Under the pieces are notes generated by a model, which was not told the DNA's origin, did not search any database, and saw nothing but the letters and a program-made list of their open reading frames with translations. A program made the position numbers and the translations under genes. From contig NC_057719.1 of the NCBI RefSeq assembly GCF_004010195.1, positions 3,045,797 through 3,109,796 of the forward strand: 64,000 bases of DNA, given 5' to 3'. Source of the stretch: Chiloscyllium plagiosum. Taxonomy: Eukaryota. Shown here piece by piece: positions 48,578-60,647 of this stretch. The first letter of the stretch is position 1. Every line of letters starts with the position of its first letter.

Positions 48578-48931
48578 TTTTTTCTTTATTTATTCATGGG
48601 ATGTGGGCGTCACTAGCTAGGCAGCATTTATTGTCCATCCCTAATTGCCCACAGGGTGGTTGAGAGTCACCCACATTACTGTGGGTCTGGAGTCATGTGT
48701 AGGTCAGACCAGGTAAGAATGGCAGTTTCCTTCCCTAAAGGACATTCGTGACCCAGATGGGTGTTCCAACAATGGATTCAGGGTCATCATTAGACTTTTA
48801 ATTCCAGATTTTTATTTTATTGAATTCAAATTTCACAATCTGTCATGGTGAGATTCGAACAAGGGTCCTCTGAACATTATCTGGATCTCTGAATTAACAG
48901 TCCTGTGATAATACCATAGGCCATCACCTCA
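48578..48931 (-). mobile_element. tRNA-derived SINE, second family
   Basis: Minus head GAGGTGATGGCCTATGGTATTATC..GTTCGAATC; same as 4115-4452. Confidence 0.85.
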
Positions 48932-49271
48932 CCAATTTGAATTGTATTGCCTCCTGGGTGCCTCTCATTGTCCTCACATACTTATGTTTAGAGGCTTACC
49001 CATGTCTAACATGAGCAAGACAGAGAATGTGCTTATTTCTGTGTCTGGTGCTTATTTTTTCCAGGAACAGATCACCAGAGGCTGTGGTTTGAGGGCTATC
49101 GTTCCATACCAACCATTGGTCGATGAGGAAATTCTTTTGCCCTTGCCTCCTGCCATAGGTGTATTGCACAGGTTGACAAGTTGGTAATCTATCTGCTCGG
49201 CCATGTTTTGAGGACTTCTGCACTGCCATCATGCTGTGGTACTCAAACCCCCCATCACAACATGATGGCAG

Positions 49272-49491
49272 TTCTCCCCGCGTCTGCGTGGGTTTCCTCC
49301 GGGTGCTCTGGTTTCCTCCCATTGTCCAATGAGGTCAGGTGAATTGGTCATGCTAAATTGTTCATAGTGTTAGATGCATTAGTCAGGGGTAAATATGGGT
49401 AGGGGACTGAGTCTGGGTGGGTTACTCTTTGGAGGGTTGAAGTGGACATGTTGGGCCAAAGGGCCTGTTTCCACACTGTAAGGAATCTAAT
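49272..49491 (+). mobile_element. HE1-type SINE, 5'-truncated
   Basis: TTCTCCCCGCGTCTGCGTGGGTTTCCTCCGGGTGCTC..GGGCCTGTTTCCACACTGTA. Confidence 0.9.
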
Positions 49492-50630
49492 CAGCAGAGG
49501 TCAGAAGGCCTCTAACATGAGTTGCATGTGAGGAGACTACACTTCATTGAATCTCGGAACCAGAGGAAGAATCATTACACCTTATACCAATGGACATGTT
49601 TACGGATGTCCATTGGTATAATGGACTTGCGGGGCTCATGCATTTGCAAACCTATTGAGAGCCTCATAGAACTCCTTAATGTCTATTCTATCAAATCCCT
49701 TAAGAATTTTATACTTCAATTCAATCACTTCTCACATATCTAAACTTTCGGGATTATGAACCTACTCCGGATAATCCCTCATCCTCATGGGACAACACCT
49801 TCCAACCCAAGCATGACCTTCCTTACAAAATGAGACCAAAACATACGCAGTATGCTCCTGATCTGGCATTGTCACACAATATAAAATCGCAGCAAGACTT
49901 CTTTATGCTCTAATCTGTTTGTAATAAAGTTTAATATTGTATTTGCTTTCTGAATTGATAATTGGTACCTGCAGATTATGTTATCTCCCAGCTCTGTTTG
50001 ATTCATGATTTCAATTCCTCTGAATTGCAGCTCATAAGAGCTTCCAGTTTTAATTAGCAACATCCTCTCCACTAACCCTGACTACCCAAACCTCCCTCAC
50101 TAACCCAGAGTATTAGCCCTCGCTCTGACCTGCAAATAACGCTGTGTTCACCTCACTAATCACCTTGTGGGTGTGGGGGTTGTAACTTTGCTGTCACTCC
50201 CTGGGTAGGAACCTGAGTAAATGGATTTCATCACTGTTGGTAGACCCTGTGCAATGTTCCTAAACCCCGATCCATTTCACCAATGGAGAATGATTAAATT
50301 AGCTGCAATGGGCTTGGTACTCTGTTGATGTAAGTTTTTTTTTGAGTTATAATAGCTGCTGGCAACTTTTCATTTCCAAGAGTAAAATCTGAGCCAGCAG
50401 TATTGTAATTGCTGGAGGACAGAAAAGACAAAGATGTGGGTGAGATTTATTCTTTCTGTGACTTTCACAGAAAGACCACAATCCAATGATGTGCAGGCTA
50501 GGTGGATTGGCCATGGGAAATGCAGGGTTACGGAGATAGGGTAGTGTGCTGAGTCTGGATGGGATGTTTTTCAGAATGGACTCACACTGATGGCCTGTTT
50601 AAGCTGCATCCTAAACTCAGATGGCCTGTT

Positions 50631-50818
50631 TAGGCAGCATCCGAGGAGCAGGAAAATTGACATTTTGGGCAAAAGCCCTTCGTCATTCCTGATGAAGGGC
50701 TTTTGCCCGAAACGTTAATTCTCCTGCTCCTTGGATGTTGCCTGACCTGCTGTGCTTTTCCAGCACCACTCTAATCTTGACTCTAATCTCCAGTATCTGC
50801 AGTCCTCACTTTCGCCCA
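50631..50818. mobile_element. Family B foldback inside an HE1 tail; intact plus-strand hammerhead at 50689-50716
   Basis: CTGATGA-A-GGGC-TTTT-GCCC-GAAAC-GTT; inverted arms around 50687; TSD ATGGCCTGTT at 50621-50630 and 50819-50828. Confidence 0.87.
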
Positions 50819-51196
50819 ATGGCCTGTTCCACACTGTAGGGGTTCTATAATTTTATGATTCTAAAGCTTGACCAATACTGGAAGAATGAGTAATCAATTT
50901 GCAACTGAATACCTTGAGACCCTGTTGCTATTAGACTGTGCCTGCCATTATTGGACTGCTGAGTGGATTCTCTAAGTTCAAATAATGCTTATCTTGCTAA
51001 TGTTGATTTAGCTTTGCACAGTTCTTGTTCAGTGTAACCTGTATGCCTCACTCTGTCTAAGCACCCTATGATTCTATGTCTTTGTTTGTTGTGGTTTGAG
51101 GGCTTTCATTCCATATCAACCGTTGGTTGACCAGGAAGTTCTTTCGCCCTTGCCTCCTGCCACAGGTTGACAGGTTGCTAATCTATCTGCTGGTCC

Positions 51197-51397
51197 ACAT
51201 TTTGAGGACTTTTGCACTGCCATCATGTTGCAGTACTCAAACCCAGAACCTCTGACCCAGAGGAAGGGTCATTACCTTTTTTTTTTAGATTACTAAAAAA
51301 TTTTTTTTAGATTACATTTTGAGGACTTTTGCACTGCCATCATGTTGCAGTACTCAAACCCAGAACCTCTGACCCAGAGGAAGGGTCATTACCTTTT
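51197..51397 (+). repeat. Direct duplication, 2 x 84 bp with a 33-bp T-rich spacer
   Basis: 51197-51280 equals 51314-51397. Confidence 0.93.
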
Positions 51398-52296
51398 GTT
51401 GCAGGTCTGCCTGAACTGCTCGCAAAACAAAACTTTTAGACCATAAGACATAGCAGCAGAAGTTAGGCCATTAGCCCATTGAATCTGCTCTGTCATTCAA
51501 TCATGGTTGATAAGTTTCTCAATCCTATTCTCCTACTTTCTTTCCGTAACCCTTGATCCCCATTACAATCAAGAACCTTATTATCTCCACCTTAAATATA
51601 CTCAATGACCTGGTCTCCACAGCCTTCTGTGGCAGTGAATTCCATAGATTCATCTGGCTGAAGAAGTTTCTCCTTATCTCCATTCTAAAATGGTCTTCCC
51701 TTTACTCTAAGTATTGCGGGCTGAGAAAGGGGGTTGGATTATAAGAATATGATAGAAAGTAAAGGCCAACATGCAGTAGTCATTCTAATTGTTTTTTATG
51801 AGTGGGAACACTTTCTCCCACTCCTCTTCTCATTCTTCTTCTCCTCACCAAGGAGAACAGTCCCACCTTCTTCAATCTATCCTCATCACTGAAGTTTCTC
51901 ATCCCTGGAACCATTCTTGTACATTGCTTCTGTAGAATCCACATCTTGCCTGTAATGTGGCTCCCACAACTTTACAGAATACACTAGTTGTGATCTAATA
52001 AGTGTCTTGTAGAAGTTCAACATCAGTTGCTTGCTCTTGCACCCCATGCCCGTATCAATAAAACTGACACACTGATTTCTTTGTTCACTGATCTCTTCAT
52101 CTGTTCTACCACTTTCAATGACCTGTGCACATACACACCCATCTGAGTTGAGAAGTCACACCAACACTCCTTTTTGTGTCTCGCTGTGTTAGTGAACAAA
52201 CCTTGTCTATGTTAGACTCAGATTGACACAAAATACAGATCAGGATTCTCTTCTTAACAGAACTTACTATTTCATTATAAATAAACAAATTTCATT

Positions 52297-53100
52297 ACAA
52301 ATGTGAGGTGCTGCGTTTTGGGAAAGGAAAATCAGAGCTGGACTTATACACTTAATGGTAAGGTCCTAGGGAGTGTTGCTGAACAAAGAGACCTTGGAGT
52401 GCAGGTTCATCCTCCTTGAAAGTGGAGTCGCTGGTAGACAGGATAGTGAAGAAGGTGTTTGGTATGTTTTCCTTTATTGGTCAGAGTACTGAGTACAGGA
52501 GTTGGGAGGTCACGTTATGGCTGTACCGGACATTGGTTAGGCCACTGTTGGAATATTGCGTACAATTCTCATTTCCTTCCTATCGGAAGGATGTTATGAA
52601 ACTTGAAAGGGTTCAGAAAAGATTTACAAGGATGTTGCCAGGATTGGAGGATTTGAGCTATAGGGAGAGGTTGAATAAGCTGAGGCTATTTTTCCTGGAG
52701 TGTCAGAGGATGAGGGGTGACCTTATAGAGGTTTACAAAATCATGGGGGGCATGGATAGGATAAATAGACCAAGTCTTTTCCCTGGAATGGGGGAGTCCA
52801 GAACTAGAGGGCATAGGTTTCGGGTGAGAGGGGAAAGATATAAAAGAGACCTAAGGGGCAACATTTTCCCGCAGAGGGTGGTGCGTGTATGGATGAGCTG
52901 CTAGAGGAAGTGGTGGAGGCTGATACAATTGCAACATTTAAAAGGCATTTGGATGGGTATCTGAATAGGAAGGATTTGGAGGGATATGGGCCCGGTGCTG
53001 GCAGGTGGGACAAGATTGGGTTGGGATATCTGGTCGGCATGGCCGGATTGGACCGAAGGGTCTGTTTCCATGCTGTACAGCTCTAAGTCTCTATGACTCT
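52297..53100 (+). mobile_element. CR1 (HER1-like) 3' fragment
   Basis: ORF 52416-52904 LYRTLVRPLLEYCVQF..RVQKRFTRMLPGL..RTRGHRFRVRGER. Confidence 0.95.
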
Positions 53101-53189
53101 AAATAGATTCTAACTGAAGATAAACCATATACCTATAGCTCTACTCATTAAGAGTCTAAACTTCTTATAAATCTACCCACTACACACAC

Positions 53190-53330
53190 AATGATCTCTC
53201 TGCCTATAAATTCTGTGTTTGCACGCTTCCCTCCACTTCACCTGATGAAGGAGCAGCATTCCAAATGCTTGTTCATTTCAAATAAACCTGTTGGATTATA
53301 ACCTGGTGTTGTGGGACTTCTGACTTTGAC
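53190..53330 (+). mobile_element. Family D terminal repeat with a decayed hammerhead
   Basis: CTGATGAAGGAGCAGCATTCCAAATGCTT from 53242; AAATAAACCTGTTGGATTATAACCTGGTGTTGTG. Confidence 0.75.
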
Positions 53331-53914
53331 AACACACACCTACAGAATGATGCAAGAAACTGGGAAGTTTAATGGTTCCTGTCCATAAGGTTTTCTGAAA
53401 TGATTCCTTTGATGATTAGAGTACTGCTTGTCAGTCTTCCTCCTTTCACTAGTTTTCAGAACAAAAGCAGCTCCTTCCCTTTTAGACATCTGACGGCTTC
53501 TGACCTGAACATTCACACTCACAAACTGTTCAGCTAACTAGGAGTCAACCACTCAGCTGCTGGCAAGCTGGAGATCTTTATCATTGATAGCTGTCTTCAT
53601 TCCACATCCCGGTCAGCTACTTGTTTCTGGCCAAATCACGATTCATACACATCCCTTTTGGATCCAGTTCATCTGCAACTAGACTTCACCCCTAAAGAAG
53701 AAAAAAAACAAAAGAACTATGGAAGCTGGAAATCAGAAACAAAAACAAAAATTGCTGGAGAAACTCAGCTGGTCCAGCAGCATCTGTGGAGAGAAGGCAG
53801 AGTTAACAGGTTCAGTGAACCTTCTTCAGAACATAGACTTTACAACACTGTTTGAGACAAGTAGAAGACCTGCTTAAGTGATTACAGTAGTCTGGCTTAG
53901 TAATAAATTAATTC

Positions 53915-54550
53915 CAAAGGGAATTCACAAAAGCAAGAGTAGTATCTTGGATATATTGTAGGGGAAGGTCAGGTGTTGCCAAGCACAATGAACATGAAGG
54001 CTCTAACAGGGCATTCCCCGCTCCTAAAACGAAATGAGAAATCACAAGGTTTTTAGGATTGTGTGAGTTTTCCAGAAGTTTAGGCATAATTGCAGCGCAA
54101 CACAAATTTGTTAAGGAAATAAGTAAAAGTGATGCAGTCAGCAGAATACCAAGCAGCCTTTGAGACAATGAAGGCAATTTTAACAAATAGGTCCATCAGA
54201 CCACCTCTGAATTTCATAGACCTGTCAAAATGGCAATTGCTGCTAATGTCTGGGGGTTGACTTGATCCAGGGTGATGAGTTGGAGATAGGAAAGTCAGTT
54301 GGTTACTTCTCCAAGAAATTAACTTTCAAAGGAGGTATAATAAAAGTAAAGACTTTCAGATTATTATTGGTTCTTCAATACCTGTCTGTCCAACACGGTA
54401 ACAAAAAACATGAATATTCACTAATCCTGGTATTCATTGCAAAGTTTAAAACTTGAACAAATATTCAGATGGAGTCTTTTGTTTTAACTATTGACGTAAA
54501 GAATATTCCCCATTTCTGGAAAAGGTAATATAATCACTGAGGCATTGTAA
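53915..54550 (+). pseudogene. Gypsy/Ty3 LTR-retrotransposon pol remnant (RT thumb and RNase H)
   Basis: Manual translation across frameshifts: YLGYIVGEGQVLP..FPAPKTK*EITRFLGLC..QAAFETMKAIL..LIQGDELEIGKSVGYFSKKL. Confidence 0.85.
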
Positions 54551-54610
54551 AATGCTCTCGAATCAAAGTTTTAAGGAATACCGAGATTGCTAACAGAAGA
54601 GAAAAGACAA

Positions 54611-54959
54611 TTATTTTTCATTCATTCACGGGATGAGAGTATCGCTGGCCAGGCCAGCATTTATTGTCCATCCCTAATTACCCAGAGAGCATTGCTGTGG
54701 GTCTGGAGTCACATGTAGGCCAGACCAGGTAAGGAAGGCAGCTTCCTTCCCTAAAGGACATTAGTGAACCAGGTGGTTTTTCCAACAATTGGCAACGGAT
54801 TCATGATCATCAATAGACTCTTAATTCCAAATTTTAAAAAAAATTGACTAAACATTCCACCATCGCCTGTGGCAGGATTCAAACCTGGGTCCCCAAGACA
54901 TTACCTGGGTGTCTGGATTAACAGTCCAGAGATAATACCACTTGGCCATCACCTCCCCC
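54611..54959 (-). mobile_element. tRNA-derived SINE, second family
   Basis: Minus head GGGGGAGGTGATGGCCAAGTGGTATTATC..GGTTTGAATCC. Confidence 0.88.
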
Positions 54960-55574
54960 CAAAATAGTTTCATGTTTTGGTTTTTTGTGTATCACAAATC
55001 TTGCAATGAAATGTAGTTTTGAAATGGCGTCTCACTTTTTTGAATAGAGGCATATAAGGACACTGCTTCATTTTATTTTTTGCATTTTTAATCATAGGCT
55101 GAACTGGAAAATTTTGTTTTACAGCAAAAGAGGAGGAATTGCTGTACTTTTAAAAAGCAAGTCACTGAAATTTATTGTGGGTGGTGTTTGCACTCTTGCT
55201 TTATTCAAGCAGTGGAGGATGGTGTTGGTAGATGGCCTGGATCCAAGGGTTTGTGTACAAAGTGATATTCGACTGGCAACAGGTTGTTGATTGGCTTATG
55301 GAATTGCACAATTGTGGATGCCAAAGCTGACAACTATCCGATTGGATCCTGTGTACTGGATCAGCTTGAGCATGTGAACGCTAAGCCTTGGACTGCTGCA
55401 ATGGGGCAGATAGTGTGCATTTCCCTCTTCTGAAAAATATCTAAAACTCAAAGAAAGCCAGTTTATTGATCTACTGCTAAATACTGTAAGTTATAGCATT
55501 TAACCATTAACTGAGAATCTTTGCAGTCGATGTACCAATTACTTCTGCCTCTTTTGAAGAACTGAGAGATCTGA

Positions 55575-56005
55575 AGGAAAAGACCAGAGAACTAGGCTGA
55601 GACTTTTTTCATTGGAGTGTAGGAGGTTGAGAGGTGACGTTACAGAAGTTTATAAAATAATTAGTTATATACATAGAGTTAATGGTAGTTATCTTTTCCT
55701 GAGGATGGGGGATTTCAAGACTGGAGGCACCTTCTTAAAGTGAGAGGAGAGAGATTTAAAAATATACGAGGGGCAAATGTTTTTACACAGAGGGTGGTTT
55801 GTGTGTGGAATGAACTTCCAGAGGAAGTTGAGGATGCAGGTACAATTACAACGTTTAAAAGATATTTGGATAAGTACATGATTAGGAAAGACTTGGAGGG
55901 ATATGGACCAGGGGCAAGTAGGTGGGACTGGTTTAATTTGGCATTATGATCAGCATGGACTGGTTAGACCTAAGGGTCTATTTCCATGCTGTATTACTCT
56001 ATGAC
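55575..56005 (+). mobile_element. CR1 (HER1-like) 3' fragment
   Basis: ORF 55740-55949 FTQRVVCVWNELPEEV..FKRYLDKYM. Confidence 0.9.
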
Positions 56006-56038
56006 TAACTGAAGGACTTGGTAAATAAAAGGAACACC

Positions 56039-56742
56039 TGCAAGGTTTGTGAAGGTTTGTAGCTCAGGTTGAGGTTTAGGGTGTAGGTTTGCCTGCTGAG
56101 CTGTAAGTTTGATATCCAAACGTTTCATTACTTGGCTAGGTAACATCATCAGTGGCGACCTCCAAGTGAAGTGAAGCTGTTGTCTCCTACTTTCTATTTA
56201 TATCTTTCTCCTGGATAGGGTTCCTGGGGTTTGTGGTGATGTCATTTCCTGTTCGTTTTCTGAGGGGTTGATAGATGGTATCTAGATCTATGTGTTTGTT
56301 TATGGTGTTGTGGTTGGAGTGCCAGGCCTCTAGGAATTCTCTGGCATGTCTTTGCTTAGCCTGTCCCAGGATAGATATGTTGTCCCAGTCGAAATGGTGT
56401 TTTTTTTCCTCCAAGTGTAGGGCTACGAGGGAGAGAGGGTCGTGTCTTTTCCTGGGACAGGCTAAGCAAAGACATGCCAGAGAATTCCTAGAGGCCTGGC
56501 ACTCCAACCACAACACCATAAACAAACACATAGATCTAGATACCATCTATCAACCCCTCAGAAAACGAACAGGAAATGACATCACCACAAACTCCAGGAA
56601 CCCCATCCAGGACAAACATATAAATAGAAAGCAGGAGACAACAGCTTTGCTTCACTTGGAGGTCGCCACTGATGATGTTACCTAGCCAGGTAACGAAACG
56701 TCTGGATATCAAACCTACAACTCAGCAAGTAAACCTACACCC
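56039..56742. mobile_element. Family A Penelope-like foldback (about 297-bp inverted arms, 78-bp spacer)
   Basis: Arms about 56075-56371 and 56450-56746; encodes the GIY-YIG C-terminal region HHFDWDNISILGQAKQRHAREFLEAWHS; 13-bp duplication TAAAAGGAACACC at 56026-56038 and 56743-56755. Confidence 0.93.
56666..56705 (+). ncRNA. Minimal type-I hammerhead ribozyme motif (family A), best-preserved copy; mirror copy on the minus strand at 56116-56155
   Basis: cca-CTGATGA-T-GTTACC-TAGCCA-GGTAAC-GAAAC-GTC-tgg: perfect 6-bp stem II, predicted cleavage after GUC (56702). Confidence 0.87.
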
Positions 56743-57397
56743 TAAAAGGAACACCATTGAATCCCAAGGTGCTATTAAACAGTTCCCCAGTTTTTTCCAT
56801 CTACCCTTAGAACCAATTGTTTTTGTCTGTCTGTATCTTTTTTTTATGTGGGTGTAGGAAGCTATAACCCGTAAAGTTATGTTAGCATTCATAGTTGTTT
56901 GCCTGCTCTTAGAATCTATTAATCTGAAGTCAGCAGTAGGTTTTGTTAAGTGTAATCAACTTTGCCTGTGTTTTCCATTAACTCAGGTCCATTAACCGGT
57001 AATTTGGGGACTTGGTGCACTTTAACAGCATTTCTAAGTCTATGTGATGACTCTGGCAAAAGCAGGGATTGATCTCCATTGCACTAGCCCCGTAAAATGT
57101 GACACTTTACCCCAGCTTTACCTCAATAGCACTCCTCTCTTGGTTCCTGAGCTATCTCGAAACTAGCAGACTGCTTGCTCCGGACCTAGTATTGGAAGAG
57201 CAAAATGCTCCTCCAAATAAATATTGTGAAGTCGAAGTAACGTGGGACACAGTGTTAGAAGAAGAGGATTTGAAGACTGAGATGAAGAGGAATGCAGAGG
57301 TTGGTGAATCTTTAAAATTCCTGACCCAAAAAGCGGTAGAAGCTCAGTCATTGAGTACACTCAAGGGATCAATAGATTGCTAGATATTAAAGGTATT

Positions 57398-57860
57398 TGT
57401 TGCCAGGGTTGGAGGATTTGAGCTATAGGGAGAAGTGGAATAGATTCAGGCTGTTTTCCCTGGAGTGTCAGAGGATGAGGGTGACCTTATAGAGCTTTAT
57501 AAAATCATGAGGGGCATGGATAGGGTAAATAGACAAGGTATTTTCCCTGAGTTGGGGGAGTCCAGAACTAGAGGGCATAGGTTTAGGGTGAGAGAGGAAA
57601 GATATAAAAGGGACCTAAGGGGCAGCTTTTTCACGCAGAGGGTGGTGTGTATATAGAATGGGCTGCCCGAGGAAGTGGTGGAGGCTGGTACAATTGCAAC
57701 ATTTAAAAGGCACCTGGATGGGTATATGAATAGGAAGGGTTTGGAGGGATATGGGCTGGGTGCTGGCAGGTGGGACTAGATTGGGTTGGGAATCTGGTCG
57801 GCATGGACAAGTTGGACCGAAGGGTCTGTTTCCATGCTGTACACCTCTATGACTTGATAA
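57398..57860 (+). mobile_element. CR1 (HER1-like) 3' fragment nested in an older CR1 tail
   Basis: GDLIELYKIMRGMDRVNRQGIFP..FFTQRVVCI. Confidence 0.92.
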
Positions 57861-58134
57861 TTCTATATCAAGGGGTATGAAAGTAGTGTGGGAAAACAGC
57901 GTTGAGGTAGAAGATTAACCAGTGAAGCGCTAAATGGCCTCCTACTGCTCTGATTTCCCACTGTCTTCATTCTCTGCCATGAACATTGCTCACTAGTCAG
58001 TGACTGCATGCCTCTCAATGGCAACCATCAGAGGACTAAACTTGATTCTTCACAACCTTAGTCTCATGTTTGACTTAAGATGGACCTTTGAGTGTAAATT
58101 CAAAGCATATCGCAGTTCCTTTAATATGTCACCA

Positions 58135-58325
58135 ATTCTTCAGTGTCACTTGGTCAAAATCCTGGAATTCCCTCCCTAAGGGCATTGTGGGTCAACCCAC
58201 AGCACATGGACTGCAGCGGTTCAAGAAGGCAGCTCACCCCCACCTTCTCAAGGGAGCAACTAGGGATGGGCAGTAAATGCTGGGCCCAGCCAGTGATGCC
58301 CATGTCCCACTGGTGAATAGAAAAA
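58135..58325 (+). mobile_element. LINE 3' tail (partner of the second SINE family)
   Basis: SKSWNSLPKGIVG..LQRFKKAAHPHLLKG; GATGGGCAGTAAATGCTGG. Confidence 0.8.
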
Positions 58326-58339
58326 GAATTACTAAAAAT

Positions 58340-58770
58340 AACTGCTTATTTCCACATCCATAAGGTTGTTCAACTCTGTCCCACTTCAGTTCATCTGCTG
58401 CTAAAACCTTTATTCATGGCATTCTTGCTTTTTGAGTTGACTGTTGAGTGAACGTTTGGACAGTCTCCAAAGGTCTGCCTTCCATATACTTAAGGTCATC
58501 AAAAATTCTGTATTTCAAATTCCCATCCTTGTTTCCAAATTTCTTCATGTTATCACTGCACCCCCCACAATATGTTATCTCTTCCAGCCTCAGACCTGTC
58601 TAAGATTTCACACTTCTCCAATCCCGACCTCCTAAGAAGTTCTGATTTTTATCACTACATCAATGGTGATTGTTCCTTGGGCCATAAACACTGGAATTTT
58701 ATCCCTAAATCTCTCCCATTCCCAACTCCCTCCCCTCCTTTAAACACTTCTCAAAACATGCCTTTTTGAT
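58340..58770 (+). mobile_element. Old L2-like LINE C-terminal remnant
   Basis: AYFHI..SSSAAKTFIH..FQIPILV..KHWNFIP, resembling the L2 ORF2 C-terminus. Confidence 0.55.
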
Positions 58771-59000
58771 CTTAAGTAGGAAGAGCAAATTACGTCTGTG
58801 TTTACAAAAACAGAAATTGCTGGAAAAACTCAGCAGGTCTGACAGCATGTGTGGAGAGAAATCAGGGTTGACTGACACTTCCTCATTACTGTTTGTTTTT
58901 TTTTGTTCCCCAGACTAAGAAGGGCAATGCGAAGGCCCTGATATCAAAAGAATTGTGTAATTATGTTTGTGTAAATGGAAGGAGTATAGTGAACAAAAAC

Positions 59001-59346
59001 TGGGAGAAGTGATGGTTTAGTGGTATTATCACAGGGCAGTTAATCTAGAGATCCACATAATGTTCTGGGGATATGGGTTCGAATACCCACCATGGGATGA
59101 ATTTGAATCCAATAAAAATCTGAAATTAAGAGTCTCATGATGATCATGAATCCATTAACGATTGTTGGGAAAACCCCCATCTGATTCATTAATGTTCTTC
59201 AGAGAAGGAAACTGCTGTCCTTACCTGGTCTGGCCTACATGTGACTCCAGACCCTCAGTAATGTGGTTGACTCTTAGCAGTGTCCTGGGATGGCCAATAA
59301 ATGCTGGCCTCGCCAGTGGCCCCCTCACCCTGTGAATGAATTTTTT
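59001..59346 (+). mobile_element. tRNA-derived SINE, second family
   Basis: TGGTTTAGTGGTATTATC..GGGTTCGAATAC..AATAAATGCTGGCC..TGAATGAA. Confidence 0.85.
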
Positions 59347-59503
59347 TAAAACTGAAAGTAAAAATTGCTCTGATGGGGAAAATGACATGGTCACAATGAT
59401 AGGAATGCGGCTGAAGCCAAAACAGGACTGGACACTTAACATCCCAGTTTATAAGACTTTCAGCAGATACAGTGTGAGTGAAAAGGGGAGCAGATGTTGA
59501 TTG

Positions 59504-59811
59504 TAGATTATATTACAGTGTGGAAACAGGCCCTTCGGCCCAACAAGTCCACACCGACCCGCCGAAGCGAAACCCACCCATACTCCTACATTTACCCCTT
59601 ACCTAACACTACGGGCAATTTAGTATGGCCGATTCACCTGGCCCTGCACATCTTTGGACTGTGGGAGGAAACCGGAGCACCCGGAGGAAACCCACGCAGA
59701 CACGGGGAGAACGTGCAAACTCCACACAGTCAGTCGCCTGAGGCAGGAATTGAACCCGGGTCTCTGGCGCTGTGAGGCAGCAGTGCTAACCACTGTGCCA
59801 CCGTGCCGCCC
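59504..59811 (-). mobile_element. HE1-type V-SINE, young full-length copy
   Basis: A box TGGCACAGTGG, B box GGTTCAATTCC, V-domain. Confidence 0.95.
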
Positions 59812-60647
59812 ACTAATGTAGCAGCCTTGGTCAAAGGTAGTATCGTCATCCTTGAATGAGATGCAGTCGTGGGGACTGAGACAACTTTTCCCAGAATCCC
59901 TCTCATCGCTACCCTCTGATACATTCTCAAATATGTGACCACATAAACACTTACATGTCCAACCCATTTACATTCCAACATACTAACACACACAGATATT
60001 CACATAGAGACACAACTATACATCAGGCATACAAAGACTAACTGGGCTTACCTCATTGACAGAAATACTTGTTCTTCTCATTACTGGAGAATAAAAATAA
60101 CATGGATATTTGAGCATTGACTGGTTTTCACTACCTAAGTTCAGACCTAATTGGCTCTTCCTACTTCAGTTCTGTATAATCTTCCCATTTGTCCAGATGG
60201 TGAAATCAATTGTAGTCTCCAGGGTGGCGAGACAGCATAATAAAGCCCTTGGGTTAATGTGAAGCGTGTGATAAATGAACACTAAAGGTGTCTGCTCCTA
60301 GTGGCTATCGTCAATTGAAACAGTTTATTATGGGAATGGAACACCTACAGGCATGGTGACAGATGGGTGATTAAATTCTTCTGTAACCTGCCAAACTCAC
60401 GCCATCTCATCTCTCTGCTTCATCTATTGAACCAGGCACTTTAAGACAACTATACCAAGACGAACTGTCTCCCAATCCTTCCCTAGGAAGTCTTACACTC
60501 AGAAAGTACCTTCTTAAATCTCTGAGGAACCTCTTGAAACGTCCTTTATTATGGATGATTTTTCAATCCACAGAAGTTCACAAACGAGAGAAATGTGAGG
60601 CAGAGAAGTGGTGAACTGATCTTCAGGATGTATTGAATATTAGTTTG

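Noticed and set aside
56187..56685. Two overlapping antisense ORFs with identical N-termini
   Set aside because: A direct consequence of the inverted repeat, not a gene pair
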